This document shows positions 14,248 to 27,600 of a DNA stretch of 64,000 nt, piece after piece. The stretch lies in assembly GCF_009914755.1 (NCBI RefSeq), contig NC_060938.1; one strand, written 5' to 3'. The notes under the pieces are model-generated. The model saw only the letters and a list, made by a program, of their open reading frames with translations, was not told the DNA's origin and searched no databases. A program made the position numbers and the translations under genes. The stretch comes from the human T2T-CHM13v2.0 reference genome, Homo sapiens. Position 1 is the first letter of the stretch; every line of letters begins with the position of its first letter.

Positions 14248-15949
14248 GTAAGTTTTCTTTACATGTACAATTGCTGGTATTTTATACACACTTAGACTAT
14301 ACATGATGTACTCAGTGCTGTGTAAATGTATTACAGTATTTGGGTTCTGCCCTTAAAGTGCTAATACATTTTTTAGAACTAATGCAGATAGATATTTATA
14401 CAATAAATAAAGAAAACCCTGACATTTAGGTTGTTATACCATAAAGGAATGCCTTTTGTGACAATAAATAGAAAATCCTTAACAAAGATAGCATAGTGAT
14501 TATAATATGTAGTTGAGGTAAAATATGAATCCTGACCTTATCATTTGCATATACTCATGGTTCGAATTGTCCATGAAACCCTGTCAGGTTGAAGAAAATT
14601 ACTAGGGTAAAATTATTCAGAAGAATAATATTTATTAGCAATTACATAATTTATATCATAAAGACTGGTATTATTTTATGATGCTTTTGTCGTGGCATAA
14701 CTCTAGCATAATATTAATTGACATCAACCCTTATTTATATATAGTTTATGTTTGAGGACTCAAATCTAACTAGTGGCAAATCCAAGTTTATGTAAAAATT
14801 AAATCTCTTCTAATGAGTGTAATTTCATGTGCATTTTTATAGCTTCTCTTTTATTTAAAAAAACCTTATGTGCCAGACTCTAATTTACTGTTATATCTTA
14901 GAATTATATATACAAGAATTTAAAAATGAACTCTAGTAGCTATTTTGACTATACACATTGCCATGCTTGGGGATTTTAATGGGCAAGTTATATAGATAAG
15001 CATTAATTTTTATTCCAAAAGTAACATAGTAGTGCTTCATCAGTATATATACATATACATGAGCTCCTTCATGGGTTATCTAATTTTGAATTGATGGTGA
15101 ATCTAGTGAATGAAGGTATGGGAAAAATTTAAGGTACAATGAAGTGTAATACATGCTTTTTCTCATAATTATTATCTAAATTAGGTATTAATGAAATTCA
15201 ATTTTAGTATTTCTAATAATATTATTTCTGTTTTGGGAACATCTTTATGTAAAGTATAAATCTAAATATAGATAAGAAATTTGTACATTTATAACATTAC
15301 CTCCCATCTACGGGTCTTGCCGCCGTTTATATCAATATTGTGTAAAGGTTGGAGTTTTGAAAGTAAAAAACTTTGATGTGAAAAGGAATCCTGAGGTTAT
15401 GTCCTGCTGTGATACTATTTTGTTTGTGAGATCTCAAATAATCTAATTGGAAGGTAGCTCAGCTTAGTGGAAAAATCAAACTTAAAATTTCTTTCCTTTA
15501 TTTAAACTCGAAATGTTTTGCTATTTATCATCTCAGTGAACTAAGACACATTATGATCAGTAATTTAAAATCTAGTCAGTACTATGAAAAGAAGTGGGAG
15601 ATGAAGTAGCCACTAGAAAAATCCATGTATAATTTAAATATTTCTTATGAAATAATATGAAATACATATATTATCAAATCTTACTGCTAAAACCATATGT
15701 AATAGGTTATCTGGTTCATTAATACAAGATGCATGGTTACTTTTTACTGTCCTTCCTCAAAACTCATTTAATAGGTATATCATATCTTGGTATTTAAATT
15801 GTATTTATTTCATCATGGAGATAAAAGAGAGTGTGAGGAGTCAGCATACTTATTTTCATTTTGATTTTAGTTCTTTTATATCATTCATCCTAATGTTTCC
15901 CTGTATTAACTAATTCCAACTTTTTCAGTGATGCCTATTACGTCTTTAG

Positions 15950-16087
15950 TTTCTTTCTTTATTTATTTAAGATGGACTCTTACTCTTTTGTCCAGGCTGG
16001 AGTGCAGTGCTGTGATCTCTTGACTCACTGCAACCTCGGTTTCCCAGACTCAAGCAATTCTCCTGACTCAGCCTCCCAAGTAGCTAG
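15950..16087 (-). mobile_element. Truncated Alu (right arm only), cut off by the satellite
   Basis: ccaggctggagtgcagtg...tcagcctcccaagtagct runs directly into the satellite sequence tgaggcacctggggcag. Confidence 0.9.
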
Positions 16088-16106
16088 TGAGGCACCTGGG
16101 GCAGAG

Positions 16107-16139
<33 letters not shown>

Positions 16140-18675
16140 CGCGTGCAGAGGAGTGGGGCCTGGGTCCCTCACAGACGAAAGTGCCTTCCCATCAGCCCCT
16201 TCGCTGGGCCCAGTGGACCCTGGCGTCCCTGGTTCCACCCCAGGATGCGCCTCAGGCCGCTAGGGGTACCTCAAGGCGGACAAAAGGCCCATGAGGGGAA
16301 GGTGAGGTTTGAGGGAGGATAGGTGAGGCACCTGTGGCAGGGAAAAAAAAAAAAAAAAAAAGTGCCACGGAGAAGGGGGGGCCTGTGTCCCCCATGCACG
16401 AAAATGCCTTCCCATCAGCCCCTGCGCTGGGCCCCGTGGACACTGGCAACACTGTTTCGAGCACAGGGTGTGCCTCGGGCCTGATAGGGGTACCCCAAGG
16501 AGGGCAGAAGGCCAATGAGGGGAAGGTGAGGGACCTGGGGCAGAGAGAAAAAAAAAAAACGCACCTTAGAGAAGCGGGGCCTGGGTACCCACGGACGAAG
16601 GTACCTTCCCATCAGCCCCTGCGCTGGGCCCCGGCGACCCTGGCGTCCATGGTTCGAGTCAAGGGAGCGCCTTGGGCCGCTAGGAATACCCCAAGTCGGA
16701 CAGAAAGCCCATGATGGGAAGTTAACGTTTGAGAGAGGAGAGGTGAGGCATCTGTGGCAGAAAAGAAAAGAAAAGAAAACAAAACAAAACAACAACAACA
16801 AAAAAAGCCGCGCCTAGGAGAAGCTGGGCCTGGGTCCCCCACGGAAGAAAATGCCTTCCCATCAACCCCTGCGCTGGGCCCTGTGGACCCTGGTTCGAGC
16901 CCCGGGTGCGCCTTGGGCCCGCTAGGGGTACCCCAAGACGGGCAGAAATCCCATGAGGGGCAGTTGAGGTTTGAGGAAGGTGAGGTGAGGCACCCGGGGC
17001 AGAAAAAAAAAAAAAAAAACCGCACCACGGAGAAGCGGAGCCTGGGTCCCCAACGGACGAAAGTGTCTTCCCATTAGCCCTTGCGCTGGGCCCAGGGGAC
17101 CCTGGCGTTCCTGGTTCGAGACCAGGGTGCGCTTCAGGCGCCGCTAGGGGTACCGAAAAGCGGACAGAAGGCCCATGAGGGGAAGGTGATGCACCTGGGG
17201 CAGAGAAAAACCCAACAACCGCGCCGCAGATAAGCGGGGCCTGGGTCCCCTACAGAAGAAACTGTCTTCCCATCAGCGCTTGCGCTGCACCCCGGGGACC
17301 CTGGTATCCCTGGCTCGAGCCCAGGGTGCGCCTCGGCCTGCTAGGGGTACCCCAAGGCAGACGGAAGGCCCATGAGGGAAAGGTGAGACACCTGGGGCAG
17401 AGAAAAAAAAATAAAAAACTGCGGCGCCCAGAAGTGGCGCCTGGGTCCCCCACGGACCAACGTCCCTACCCATCAGCCCTACACTGGGCCCCGGAGACCC
17501 TAGCGTCCCTGGCTCGAAACCAGGGTGTGCCTCTGGACCGCTAGGGGTATCTCAAGGCGGGCAGAAAGCCCATGAGGGAAAGGTGAGGCACCTGGGGAAA
17601 AGCAAAAAACAAAACAAAACAACAACAACAAAAAATCACCGCAGAGAAGCAGAGCCTGGGTCCCCAAGGAAGAAAGTGTCTTCCCATCAGCCCTTGCGCT
17701 GGGCCCCAGGGAACCTGGTGTCCCAGTTTCGAACCCAGGGTGTGCGTCTGGCCACTAGGGGTACCCCAAGTCTGACAGAACGCCCATGAGGGGAAGGTGA
17801 GGTTTGAGGGAGGAGAGGTGAAGCAACTGTGGCAGAAAAAAAAAAAAAAAACACCACGCCGCGGAGAAGCGGGGCCTGGGTCCCCAAGGGACGAAAGTGC
17901 CTTCCCAGCAGCCCCTGCGCTAGGCCCCGTGGACCCTGGCGACCCTGGGTAGAGCCCAGGGTGCGCCTCGTGACCAATAGGGGTATCCCAAAGCGGGCAG
18001 AATGCTCATTAGGGGAAGGTGAGGCTCCTGGGGCAGAGAAAAAAAAAAAAAAAACCCTGCCGCGGAGAAGCGGGGCCTGTGTCCCCCACGGACGAAAGTG
18101 TCTTCCCATCAGCCCCTGAGCTGGGCCCAGGGGACCCTGGCATCCCTGGTTCAAGACCAGGGTGCACTTCAGGACTCTTGGGGTACCCCATGGTGGGCAG
18201 AAAGCCTATGAGGGGAAGGTGAGGTTTGAGGGAGGAGAGGTAAGGCACCTGTGGCAGAAAAGAAAAAAAAAAAACCGCGCCACAGAGAAGCAGGGCCAGG
18301 GTCCCCCACGGACGAAAGTGCCTTCTCAGCAGCCCCTGCGCTGGGCCCCGGGGACCCTGTCATCCCTGGCCCGAATCCAGGGTGCGCCTCTGGCCTGCTA
18401 GGGGTTACCCAAAGCGGGCAGAAGGCCCATGAGGGAAAGGTGAATCACCTGGGGCAGGAAAAAAAAAAAAAAAACCGCGCTGCGGAGAAGCGGGACCTTG
18501 GTCCCCCACCAGTGAAAGTGTCTTCCCATCGACCCTTGCGCTGGGCCCCGGGGTCCCGGCGACCCTTATTCGAGCCCAACACCTGCCTGGGGCCGCTAGG
18601 TGTACCCCACGTCGGACAGAAGGCCCATGAGGGGAAGTGAGGTTTCAGGGAGTAGAGGTGAGGCACCTGTGGCAG
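16087..18675. repeat. GC/CpG-rich tandem array of about 12 units of 197-241 bp; gamma-satellite (GSATII)-like
   Basis: Recurrent unit gaggcacctg(g/t)ggcag-polyA-ccgcgccgcggagaagcggggcctgggtcccccacggacgaaagtg…ggggtaccccaa…gcccatgaggggaagg. Unit starts near 16089, 16326, 16529, 16746, 16987, 17188, 17385, 17585, 17820, 18021, 18243, 18442, 18660. The GSATII name is from recall. Confidence 0.85.
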
Positions 18676-21600
18676 GTGTCCATCTGTAAACTGTTTATCC
18701 ATGTGAGCCCTGATGTTCACCAGGGGCTGGATGTCCCCCTGGGGCTGGATGTTCGCCTGGAGCCTGGTGTCTACCTGGGGCCTGATATCCAGGAGAGGCT
18801 TAGTTATCCACCTATGGCCATCTGGAGCCAGATGCCCACCTGAGGTTTGGTGTAAACCTAAGGCCTGATATCTACCTGGGGCTTGGGTGTTCATGTGGGG
18901 CCTGATGTCCACCTAAGACTATGTGTTCACCTGGAGCCTGGGTGACCATCTGGGTTATGACGTTCAGCTGGGGCCCAGAGTTCAGCTGGGGACTGGGTCA
19001 ACCTTCTGCCTGATGCACACCTGGGGACTAGGTACCCACCTGGGCTCCCGTGTTCACTGCAGCCTGATGTCTTACCTGGGGCCATGTGTTTACCTAGGAC
19101 CAATGCATCCACCTGGGGTCTGAGTGCCCTCATGGAGCCTGGAGTTTTCCTGGGGCCTGGGGTCTGCCTTAGGCTTAAGTGTACATCTGTGGCCTGATGT
19201 CCACCTTGGGATGGATGTCCACCTGGGGACGGATATTCAGTAGGGGCCTGAGTGTCCACCTGGTTTGTGATGTCTACCTGGGGCCTGGTGTTCATCTGAG
19301 GTTTGATATCCACCTGGGGCCTGGACATTTGTCTGGAACCTGATGTACAGCTGGTGCCTGAAGTTCATGAATGCCTGGTGTCCCCCTGGGGCCAGGTAGT
19401 CAACACAGGGCCTGAAGACTTTCTAGAGTTCAGTGTTCACCTGGGGCCTGAAGTCCACCTAGGGCTTGGGTGTCCAAATAGGGCCTGGTGTCAGCTTGAG
19501 ATTTGTGTATTTACCTAGGGACTGGTTTTCCACTTGGGGTTTGATTTTTTACTTGGTTTTTGTGTTAATCTGGGGTCTAGTGTCCACCTGGGGCCTAGGT
19601 ATCCACCTAGGGACTATTGTCCAGCTGGAGACTAATGACTACCTATGGCCTGGTAATCACCTAAGGCTTTGTTTCACTTAGGTACTTGGTGCCAAACTGT
19701 TGCCTGCTGTTCACCTGGGCTATGGTGTCCCCCTGGGGTCTGGATGTCAGCCTGGGGCTTGTTGTATACCTGTATCTTAGATATCCAGATAGGGGTCTGT
19801 TTTCTACTTAGGTGCAGCAGTCCATCTGGTGCTTGAGTGTCGACCTAAGGCCTGATGTCTATGTTGGACCTAGGGTTCACCTGAGGCCTGATATCCACCT
19901 GGGGCCTCAATGTCCAAATGTGGCCTGATGCCCATCTGGGCGCTGGGTGTCCACCTGCAACATGGATGTCCACTGGTACTTTATGTCCACCAGGGGCCTA
20001 ATGTCCACCTAAGACCTGGTGTTCACCTGGGGTCTAATGTTCAGCTGAAGACCGGATGTCCACCTGGAGCCGAGGAATCCACCCAGGGACTGGTGTTGAA
20101 CTGGGGCCTGATGACTACCCGGGGACAAGGTACACACCAAGCTTGATGTCCACCTGTCACCAGATGTCCACCTGAGTCCTGATGTCCATCTTGATCCTGG
20201 GTGTCCACTTTAGGCCTGATGTCCAGCTGGGGCCTAGGTGCCCACTGGGGGCTTCCTGTTAACCTGGGGACTGGTGTCATTCTGGGGCCTAATGACCACA
20301 TGGGTTGTGTTATTCACCTAGGGCCTGGTGTCCACTTGGGGCTTGAGTGTAACCCTGGACCTGGCACCCACATAGGATTGGGTATCAAACTGGCCCCTTG
20401 GTGTCCAGTTAAGACATCATGTGAACCTGGCGCCTGAGTGTCCACATGGGGCCAAAAGACTACTGGGGGCCTGAATATCAACCTAGACTCTGAGGTTTAC
20501 TAGGGGCCTAGGTATCCACCTGGGGCCTAATGTCCACCTGAGCCTGGGTGTCAACCTGGGGCCTGATGTAAACCTCTCGTTCAGTGTCCACCTTGGGCTT
20601 GATGTCAACCTGGAGCCTGATGTCCACCTGAGTACTGATGTTCACCTTTGACCTGATGTCCACCTGTGGATTGTTTATCCACCGATGGCCCGATGTTCAC
20701 ATGGGGCTGAATGTCCAACTGTGACTTGTTGTGCACCTGGAACCTAGGCATCCACCTGCAGCCTGATGTTCAGCTGAGCTGGGACCCGGAGTTCACCTGA
20801 GGCATGATGTCCACCTGAAGCTTGATGTTCATCTGGGGGCTGGGTGTCCACTTGGGGCCCAATATCCACCTGGAGACTAGGTACCCACCTGGGATCTGGT
20901 GTTCCCTCAAGATTGGTGTTCAGCTGTGGCCTAATGACCACCTGGGTCATGGTGTCTACCTTGGACTGGGTGCTCACCTGGAGCCAGTGTTCACTGGGGG
21001 CCTAGTGTGCACCTGAGACTGGGGGATGCACCTGGGGTCCGATGTCTACCTGGTGCCTAGGTATCCATTTGGGGCCTAATGTTCATCTGGAATCTGGTAT
21101 CCACCTGGGGCCTTGTAATTACCTGGGGTCTGGGCATCCACCTAGGGCTTGAGTATCCTTCTGGGGCCTTGAGTTTTACTGGGGACTCGTGTCTGCCTTG
21201 GACCTGGGTGTACATCTGTTGCCTAATGTACACCTTGAGAGTGATGTCAACCTGGGGACAGTTGTCCTCTTGGGGTCTGAGTGTGCACCTGGTGCCTGAT
21301 GTCTGCCTGGGGACTTGTGTTCACTTGAGACCTGATATCCACCTGGGGCCTGGGTGTCCACGAAGGGCTGATGTTCAGCTGGAGACTGGATATCCACCTG
21401 GGGCTTAGGGATCTATCCAGAAACTGATGTCAAACTGGGACCTGATGTCTACCTGGGGACTAGGTATCCATGTGAGGCTTGATGTTCATCCGCGGCCAGA
21501 CGTCCATCTGATGCTTGATGTCCGCCTTAGTCCTGGGTGTCTACTGGAGACCTCATGTCCAACTAGAGCTTAGGAACCTACTGGGGGCCTCGTGTAAACC

Positions 21601-24600
21601 TGGGGACTGGTATGCAGCTGGGTCCTAATGATCCCCTGGGTCATATTATTCACCTAGGGCCTGGTGTCCACTTAGGGCTTGAGTGTCAACCTTAGGTCTT
21701 GTGTTCATCTTTGACCTGGTGTCCACCTGGGACTTGGGTATTGACCTGAGGACTTGGTGTCCAATTGAGGTGTCATGACCACCTGGGGACTGAATGTCAA
21801 TCTGGGGTCTGATGTAAACCTCTAGTTCAGTATACACCTGGGCATGGTCTTCACTTGGGGCCTGCTGTCTACCTGGGCCTTGCTGTCAACCTGGGGCCCG
21901 ATGTAAACCTCTAGTTCAGTATCCACCTGGGGCCAGATGTCTTCCTAGAGACTTATATTCACTTTTGACCTGATGTCCACCTGGGGACTTGCTATGCATC
22001 CATGGTCTGATATTCACCTGGGGACAGATGTTCAACTGTGGCCAGAAGTGCACCTGGGGTCTGGGCTTCCACCTAGAGCCTGATGTTTAGCAGGGGCTAG
22101 AGTTTACATGGAGAATGATGTCCACCTGAAGTTTGATGTTTACCCGGGACCTGATACCTGCCTGGTGCCCAAGTATTCTCATGTGCCTAATGTCCACTAG
22201 TTGGCCTGGTGTTCATCTGAGGGCTTGGTGTCAACCAGTGGCCTTACGTACACCTGGATTCTAGTGTCCTCGTGGGGCCTTATGCCTACCAGGAGTCTGG
22301 TGTACCCCTGGGGTCTAGTATCCACCTGGAGTCTGGGTGTCCACCTGGAGCCTAATGTTGAGGTTAGACTGAGTGTCAGCCTGAGGCCTGATGTCTACTT
22401 AGGGCATAGGTATTCACCTGGGGCTTGTTGTTTACCTGGGGACTAATGTCAACCTTGAGCCTAGGTATCCACCTGGGGAATAGTGTCCAGTTGCAGCCAG
22501 ATGTCCACCTATGGCCTGAAGCATGGTTGTTATCCTAAGACCTTGTATTAGTCCATTTTCACACTGTTATAAAAAACTACCTGATATTGGGCAACCTATG
22601 AGGAAAAGAGGTTTAACTGACCCACAGTTCTTCAGGCTTAATAGGGAGCATGACTGGGCATGCTCGGGACACTTACAATCATGATGTAAAGCCAAGAGGA
22701 AGCAAGCCCTTTTTACCATGGGGGAGGAGGAGGGAGAGAGAAGGGGGATGTGCTACACACTTTCAAACAAACAGATCTCATAAGAACTCTATCATGAGAA
22801 CAGCAAGTGGGAAGTCTGCCCCCATGATTCAATCACCTCTCACCAGACCCCTTCTTCAACCCATGTGGATTACAATTCAACATGAGATTTGGGTGGAGAC
22901 ATAGAGCCAATATCAGGCCTGATGCCCACCTGGAGTCGTGTCTACCTGAGGCCTAATGTAGACATGAGGCCTGGGCATCCACCTAGGACCTCATGTTAAG
23001 ATAGGGGCTGGAGTTCTTTTGGTGTCTAGTGTATACCTGGGGCTCAGATGTAAAACTAGAGCCTGATGTTTCAGATGGAAACCTGGGCCCCAGGTGCTCA
23101 TCAGATCCTAGGTGAAAACTCAGTCTTCAGGTGCACGTCAGACTCCAAGTGGACACATAGGCCCCAGGTTGACACTAAGATTTCAGGTAGACTCTGGGTC
23201 CCAGAAAAACACCCCGCCCTAGGTGGACAGCTGAACCTGAGTAGACTTCAGGCCCCAGATTGACATCTGGCCCAGGTAGATTCCTAGGCCCAAGGTGAAT
23301 ACTCAGTCTCCAGGCCTAGGGGAATTCAGTCTTAGGTGACTAAGGACTGGTGTTCCTCTGGGGCCTCATGTCTACCTGGGCCCTGGGAGTGCACATGGAG
23401 CCAGATGTCTATAAAGGGCCTGAGTGTCCACTAGGGCCTGAGGTTCACCAGAAGCATAGACACCCACCTAGGACCTCGTGTCCACCTAAAACCTGGTGTT
23501 CACCTGGGGCCTGGGTGACAACCTGGGATCTGATGTTCACCTGAGGCCCAGAGTTCAGCTGCTGCCTATGTCAGCCTGGCACCTGATGCACACGAGAGGA
23601 CTAGGTGCCCACCTGAGGACTGGTGTTCTTGGGGAACTGGTGTTCAGCTGTGGATTGATGACCAACTGGGTCCTGGTGTCCTCCTGGAACCTGATGTCCA
23701 CCTGGGACTGCATGCTTACCTAGGGTCTGGTGTTCCTCTGGGGCCTGGTGTACCCCTGAGACCTGGGGTCCACCTGGGCCTAGTATCCACTTGGGGCCTC
23801 ATATCCATCTGGAACATCATGTCCACTTGAGGCCTTGTAGTTACCTAGGGACTGGGTGTCCTTCTGACCCTTGAGTGTCCTCCTGGGGCTTGGGGTTCTC
23901 CTGGGGCCTGGGTGTACATCTCTGGCCTGATGTCCACCTTGGGATGGATGTCCACCTGGGGACAGATGTTCACTTGTGGCCTGAGTGTCCATCTCGTGTC
24001 TAATGTCTACCTGGGGCCTGGTGTTTGCCTGAGGCCTGATATCCACCTGGGGCCTGGGCATCCATTTGAGGCCTGATGTCTACCTAAGACCCGGTGTTTA
24101 AGTGGGGCACAGACTTCTTCCTGGAGCCTGACATTCATCTGGAGCCTGAAGTTCACCTATGCCTGTTGTCTACCTGAGGCCTATGTGTCAACCTAGGGCC
24201 TGAAGACCACCCTGAGTTCAGTGTTCACCTGGGGCCTGACATCTGCCTGGAGTCTGGGTGTCCACATAGGGCCTGATGATGGCTTGGGACCAAAGTATTT
24301 ACCTAGGGCCTGGGTGTCTACTTAGAGCCTGACTTCTACATGGTTCATTGTGTCAACCTGGGACCTGATGTCCACTTAGGGCCTAGGTAAGCTCCTTATG
24401 ACTAAAGCCCACATGGGGGCTGAAACCAGCTCACACCTTGTGTTAACCTAGGGCTTAGTGTCCACCTGAGGCCTGCCTGGGACCTGGTGACCCCCTGGGG
24501 TCAAGGTATCCACCTTGGGCCTAATGACCAATTGGGGCTTAAGGATCTACCTAGAGACTGGTGTCAACCTGGAACCTGATGTCCACTTGGGGTCTGGTGT

Positions 24601-27600
24601 ACACCTTGGGCCTGATGCCCACCTGGGCATGGGTGTACACTTTGGGCCTAGTGTGCACCTGAAGCCTGGGTGTCAACCTGGGTCTTGATGCACACCTTTA
24701 GTCAGGTGTTTAATTGGGGCCTGATGAAATACTGGAGCCTGATTTACACCTGTGTACTGGGTCTCCACCTGTGGCCTGATGTCCACCTGCAGCCAGATAT
24801 CCACCTGGCACCAGAGGTCTACCAGGAATCTGGGTGTCCACCTTGAAAATGATGTATTCCAAGAGACTAGGCATGCACATTGGGCCTGGGGTCCACCTGG
24901 GTCCTGATGTCTACCTGAGGCTGGTATTGAACTGGGGCCTGTGTGTTCACTTGGAGCCTGATGTTCATTTGGAACCTGGTGTTCACCTAGGACATGGGTA
25001 TCCACTTGGATCCTGATTTTCAGGTGGGGAGTGGCTATAGACCTGGGACCTGATGGCCACCTATGCTATAAGTAACCCAACCACCTGGGGCCTGGTGTTC
25101 ACCTGTGGCCTGATATCCACCTGGTACCTGTGTGTCAATCTAGTGCCTGGTGTTCACTTGAGGACTAGGTAGACACCTGAGGCTTGGCGTTCACCAGAGA
25201 CCTGGTGTTCATCTTGCACCCAGTGTCCACTTGGACCCTGTGTATCAACCTGTGGCCTAGGTGGCCACTTGGAGCTTTATGTGCACCTGGGGCCTGAGAG
25301 TTTCCTAGGATCTGATGACAACTGGGGCCCAGCGATCCACCTGGGACATCAGGCTCCAAGTGTACGCCCAGGTTCCATATGGGAACCAGGCCAGGAGAAT
25401 GCCAGCCCTTATGTGAACATCAGGTCCTAGATGGATGCCCAGGTCCCATATGTACATCAGGTCCCAGGTATACACTGGACTCCAGGTGGACACCAGCACT
25501 CAGTTGGATACACACACTCAAGGTGGACACCAGGGCCCACGTGAATTCCTACACTCCAGGTGAACATCAGGTCCCAAGTGGATACCTGGACCCCAGGTGG
25601 ATACCAGTCTCTAAATTAATACCAGGCCTCAGATGGTCCTTCGGAGCCATGTGGGCATTAGTCGTCAGGAAGTTACCTAGGCCCAAAGTGGACATCAGGC
25701 CCCATGTTGACACAAGATCCAGTTGGAAGTCAGGCCCCAGGTGGACACCCAGGCCCTAGGTAAATACTTAGGTTCCAAGTTGACAGCAGGCCCTATGTGA
25801 ACACTCAGAACTCAGGTGGACATGAGGCCTCAGGTGGACATCTGAGTTCATCTGGAACCTCGTGTTACAGGCCCCATGTAAACACCGTTAGGTGGATACC
25901 CAATCTCTAGGTGGACATCAGAGCTCAGATTGACACAAAGACCCCAGTAGACATAATGTACCAATGAATATCCAGGCCCCTGGTAAATACCCAGGCCCCA
26001 CATTGACACCAGGGTCTATGTGGACACACAGGCCCTGGGTAGAAAACAGTCCCAAGGCGGACACTGGACTGGACATCAGGTCCCAGGTTGACAACCATGC
26101 TTCAAGTTGACACCAGGCCCCAAGTGAACATCTGGCCCCAGCTGGACACTAGTCCCCTGGTGAATACCTAGGCCCAAGGTTGAAATCAGGCCCCATGTGA
26201 ACACTAGACCCCAGATAAACACTTATACCCTAAGTGGACATCAGGCCTCAGGTGGTTACCCAGTCCCAAGGTGAACATCAGGACCCCGATGGGCACCAGT
26301 TATCAAGTGGATTCCTAGGCCCCAGGTGAATATCAAGCCCTAGGTGGATACCAGGCCCCAGGTGGATACCAGGATCCTGGTAGACATCAGGTCCCAAGAG
26401 GACCCTAGAACCCAGGAGTACATTAGGCCACATTAACACGAAGGCCCCAGATGAATACCAGGCCAATTGTGGACATCAGGCCTGAGAAGGGTCCTCAGGC
26501 TCCAGGTGGACATCAGGCGCCAGGTGAACATCCAGCACTCAGATGAACGTTAAGCTTCAGGTAGACATCATGCCTCAGGTGAACTCCAGGCCCCAGCTAA
26601 ACATCAGGCCCCAGGTGGATGCCCAGGTTCCGGGTGCACATCTGGCCACAGTTGGACATTCAACCCCAGGTGATCATCAGGCCATGGGTGAATACACGGT
26701 TTCCAGGTGGACATCAGATCAAAGGGGAACATCAGTCCCCCAGTGGACATCAGGCCCAAGGTGGACACTGAACTAGAGGTTTACATCAGGCCACATGTTG
26801 ACACCTAGTCCCAGGTGGACATCAGGCCCCAGGTGGATACCTAGGCTCACAGTGAATTTGACACCAGGTTGACATTCAGGCCCCCAGTGGTCATCTGGCC
26901 TCATGCGAACACTCAGACCCCAGGTGCACATGATGTCTCAACTGGACACCAAACCCCTAGTTTGATACCCAAGGCCCAGGTGGACACCAGGTCCAAGGCT
27001 GACACTCAAGCCCTAAATGAATACCAAATTCTAGGTGAATAATTCAACCCAGGTGGTCATTAGGACCCAGCTGAATACCAGTCCCCAGGTTAACACAAGG
27101 CCCCCGGTGGGCACCTAGGCACCAGCTGGACATGAGGCCCTATGTAAACACCCGGTCTCAGGTGAACACCATGCCACAGATGGACATCAGGTCCTAGGTG
27201 GACACGGGGCCACAGGTGGACATCTAGCCGCTGGGCAACATCCAGCCCCAGGTGGACATAACCGTTTCCATGGATAAACCATTCCCAGGTGGATATCAGG
27301 CCTCAAGAGGATAGCAGTCACCAGGTAGCCATCAGGCCTCAGATAGACACCAAGGTCCCAGATGTACAGCAGGCCCCAACTGAACCCCAGACTCATGTGG
27401 ACATCAGGCCACAGGTAGACACCAAGCCTTAGGTAGATACCTAACTTCAGGTGGACATCAGACCCCAGGTGGACACCCAGTCCCCGGGTGGGCAATCAGG
27501 CCCCAGGCACACATCAGGCCTTAAGTGGACACCCAGGCCCCAGGTTGATATCCAGCTCCCAGGTGATCACCAAGCCCCAGGTAGACGCCAGGCCATAGGT

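Noticed and set aside
15972-18912. Many Lys/Pro/Gly-rich ORFs
   Set aside because: Artefacts of GC-rich satellite with poly-A tracts, open on both strands
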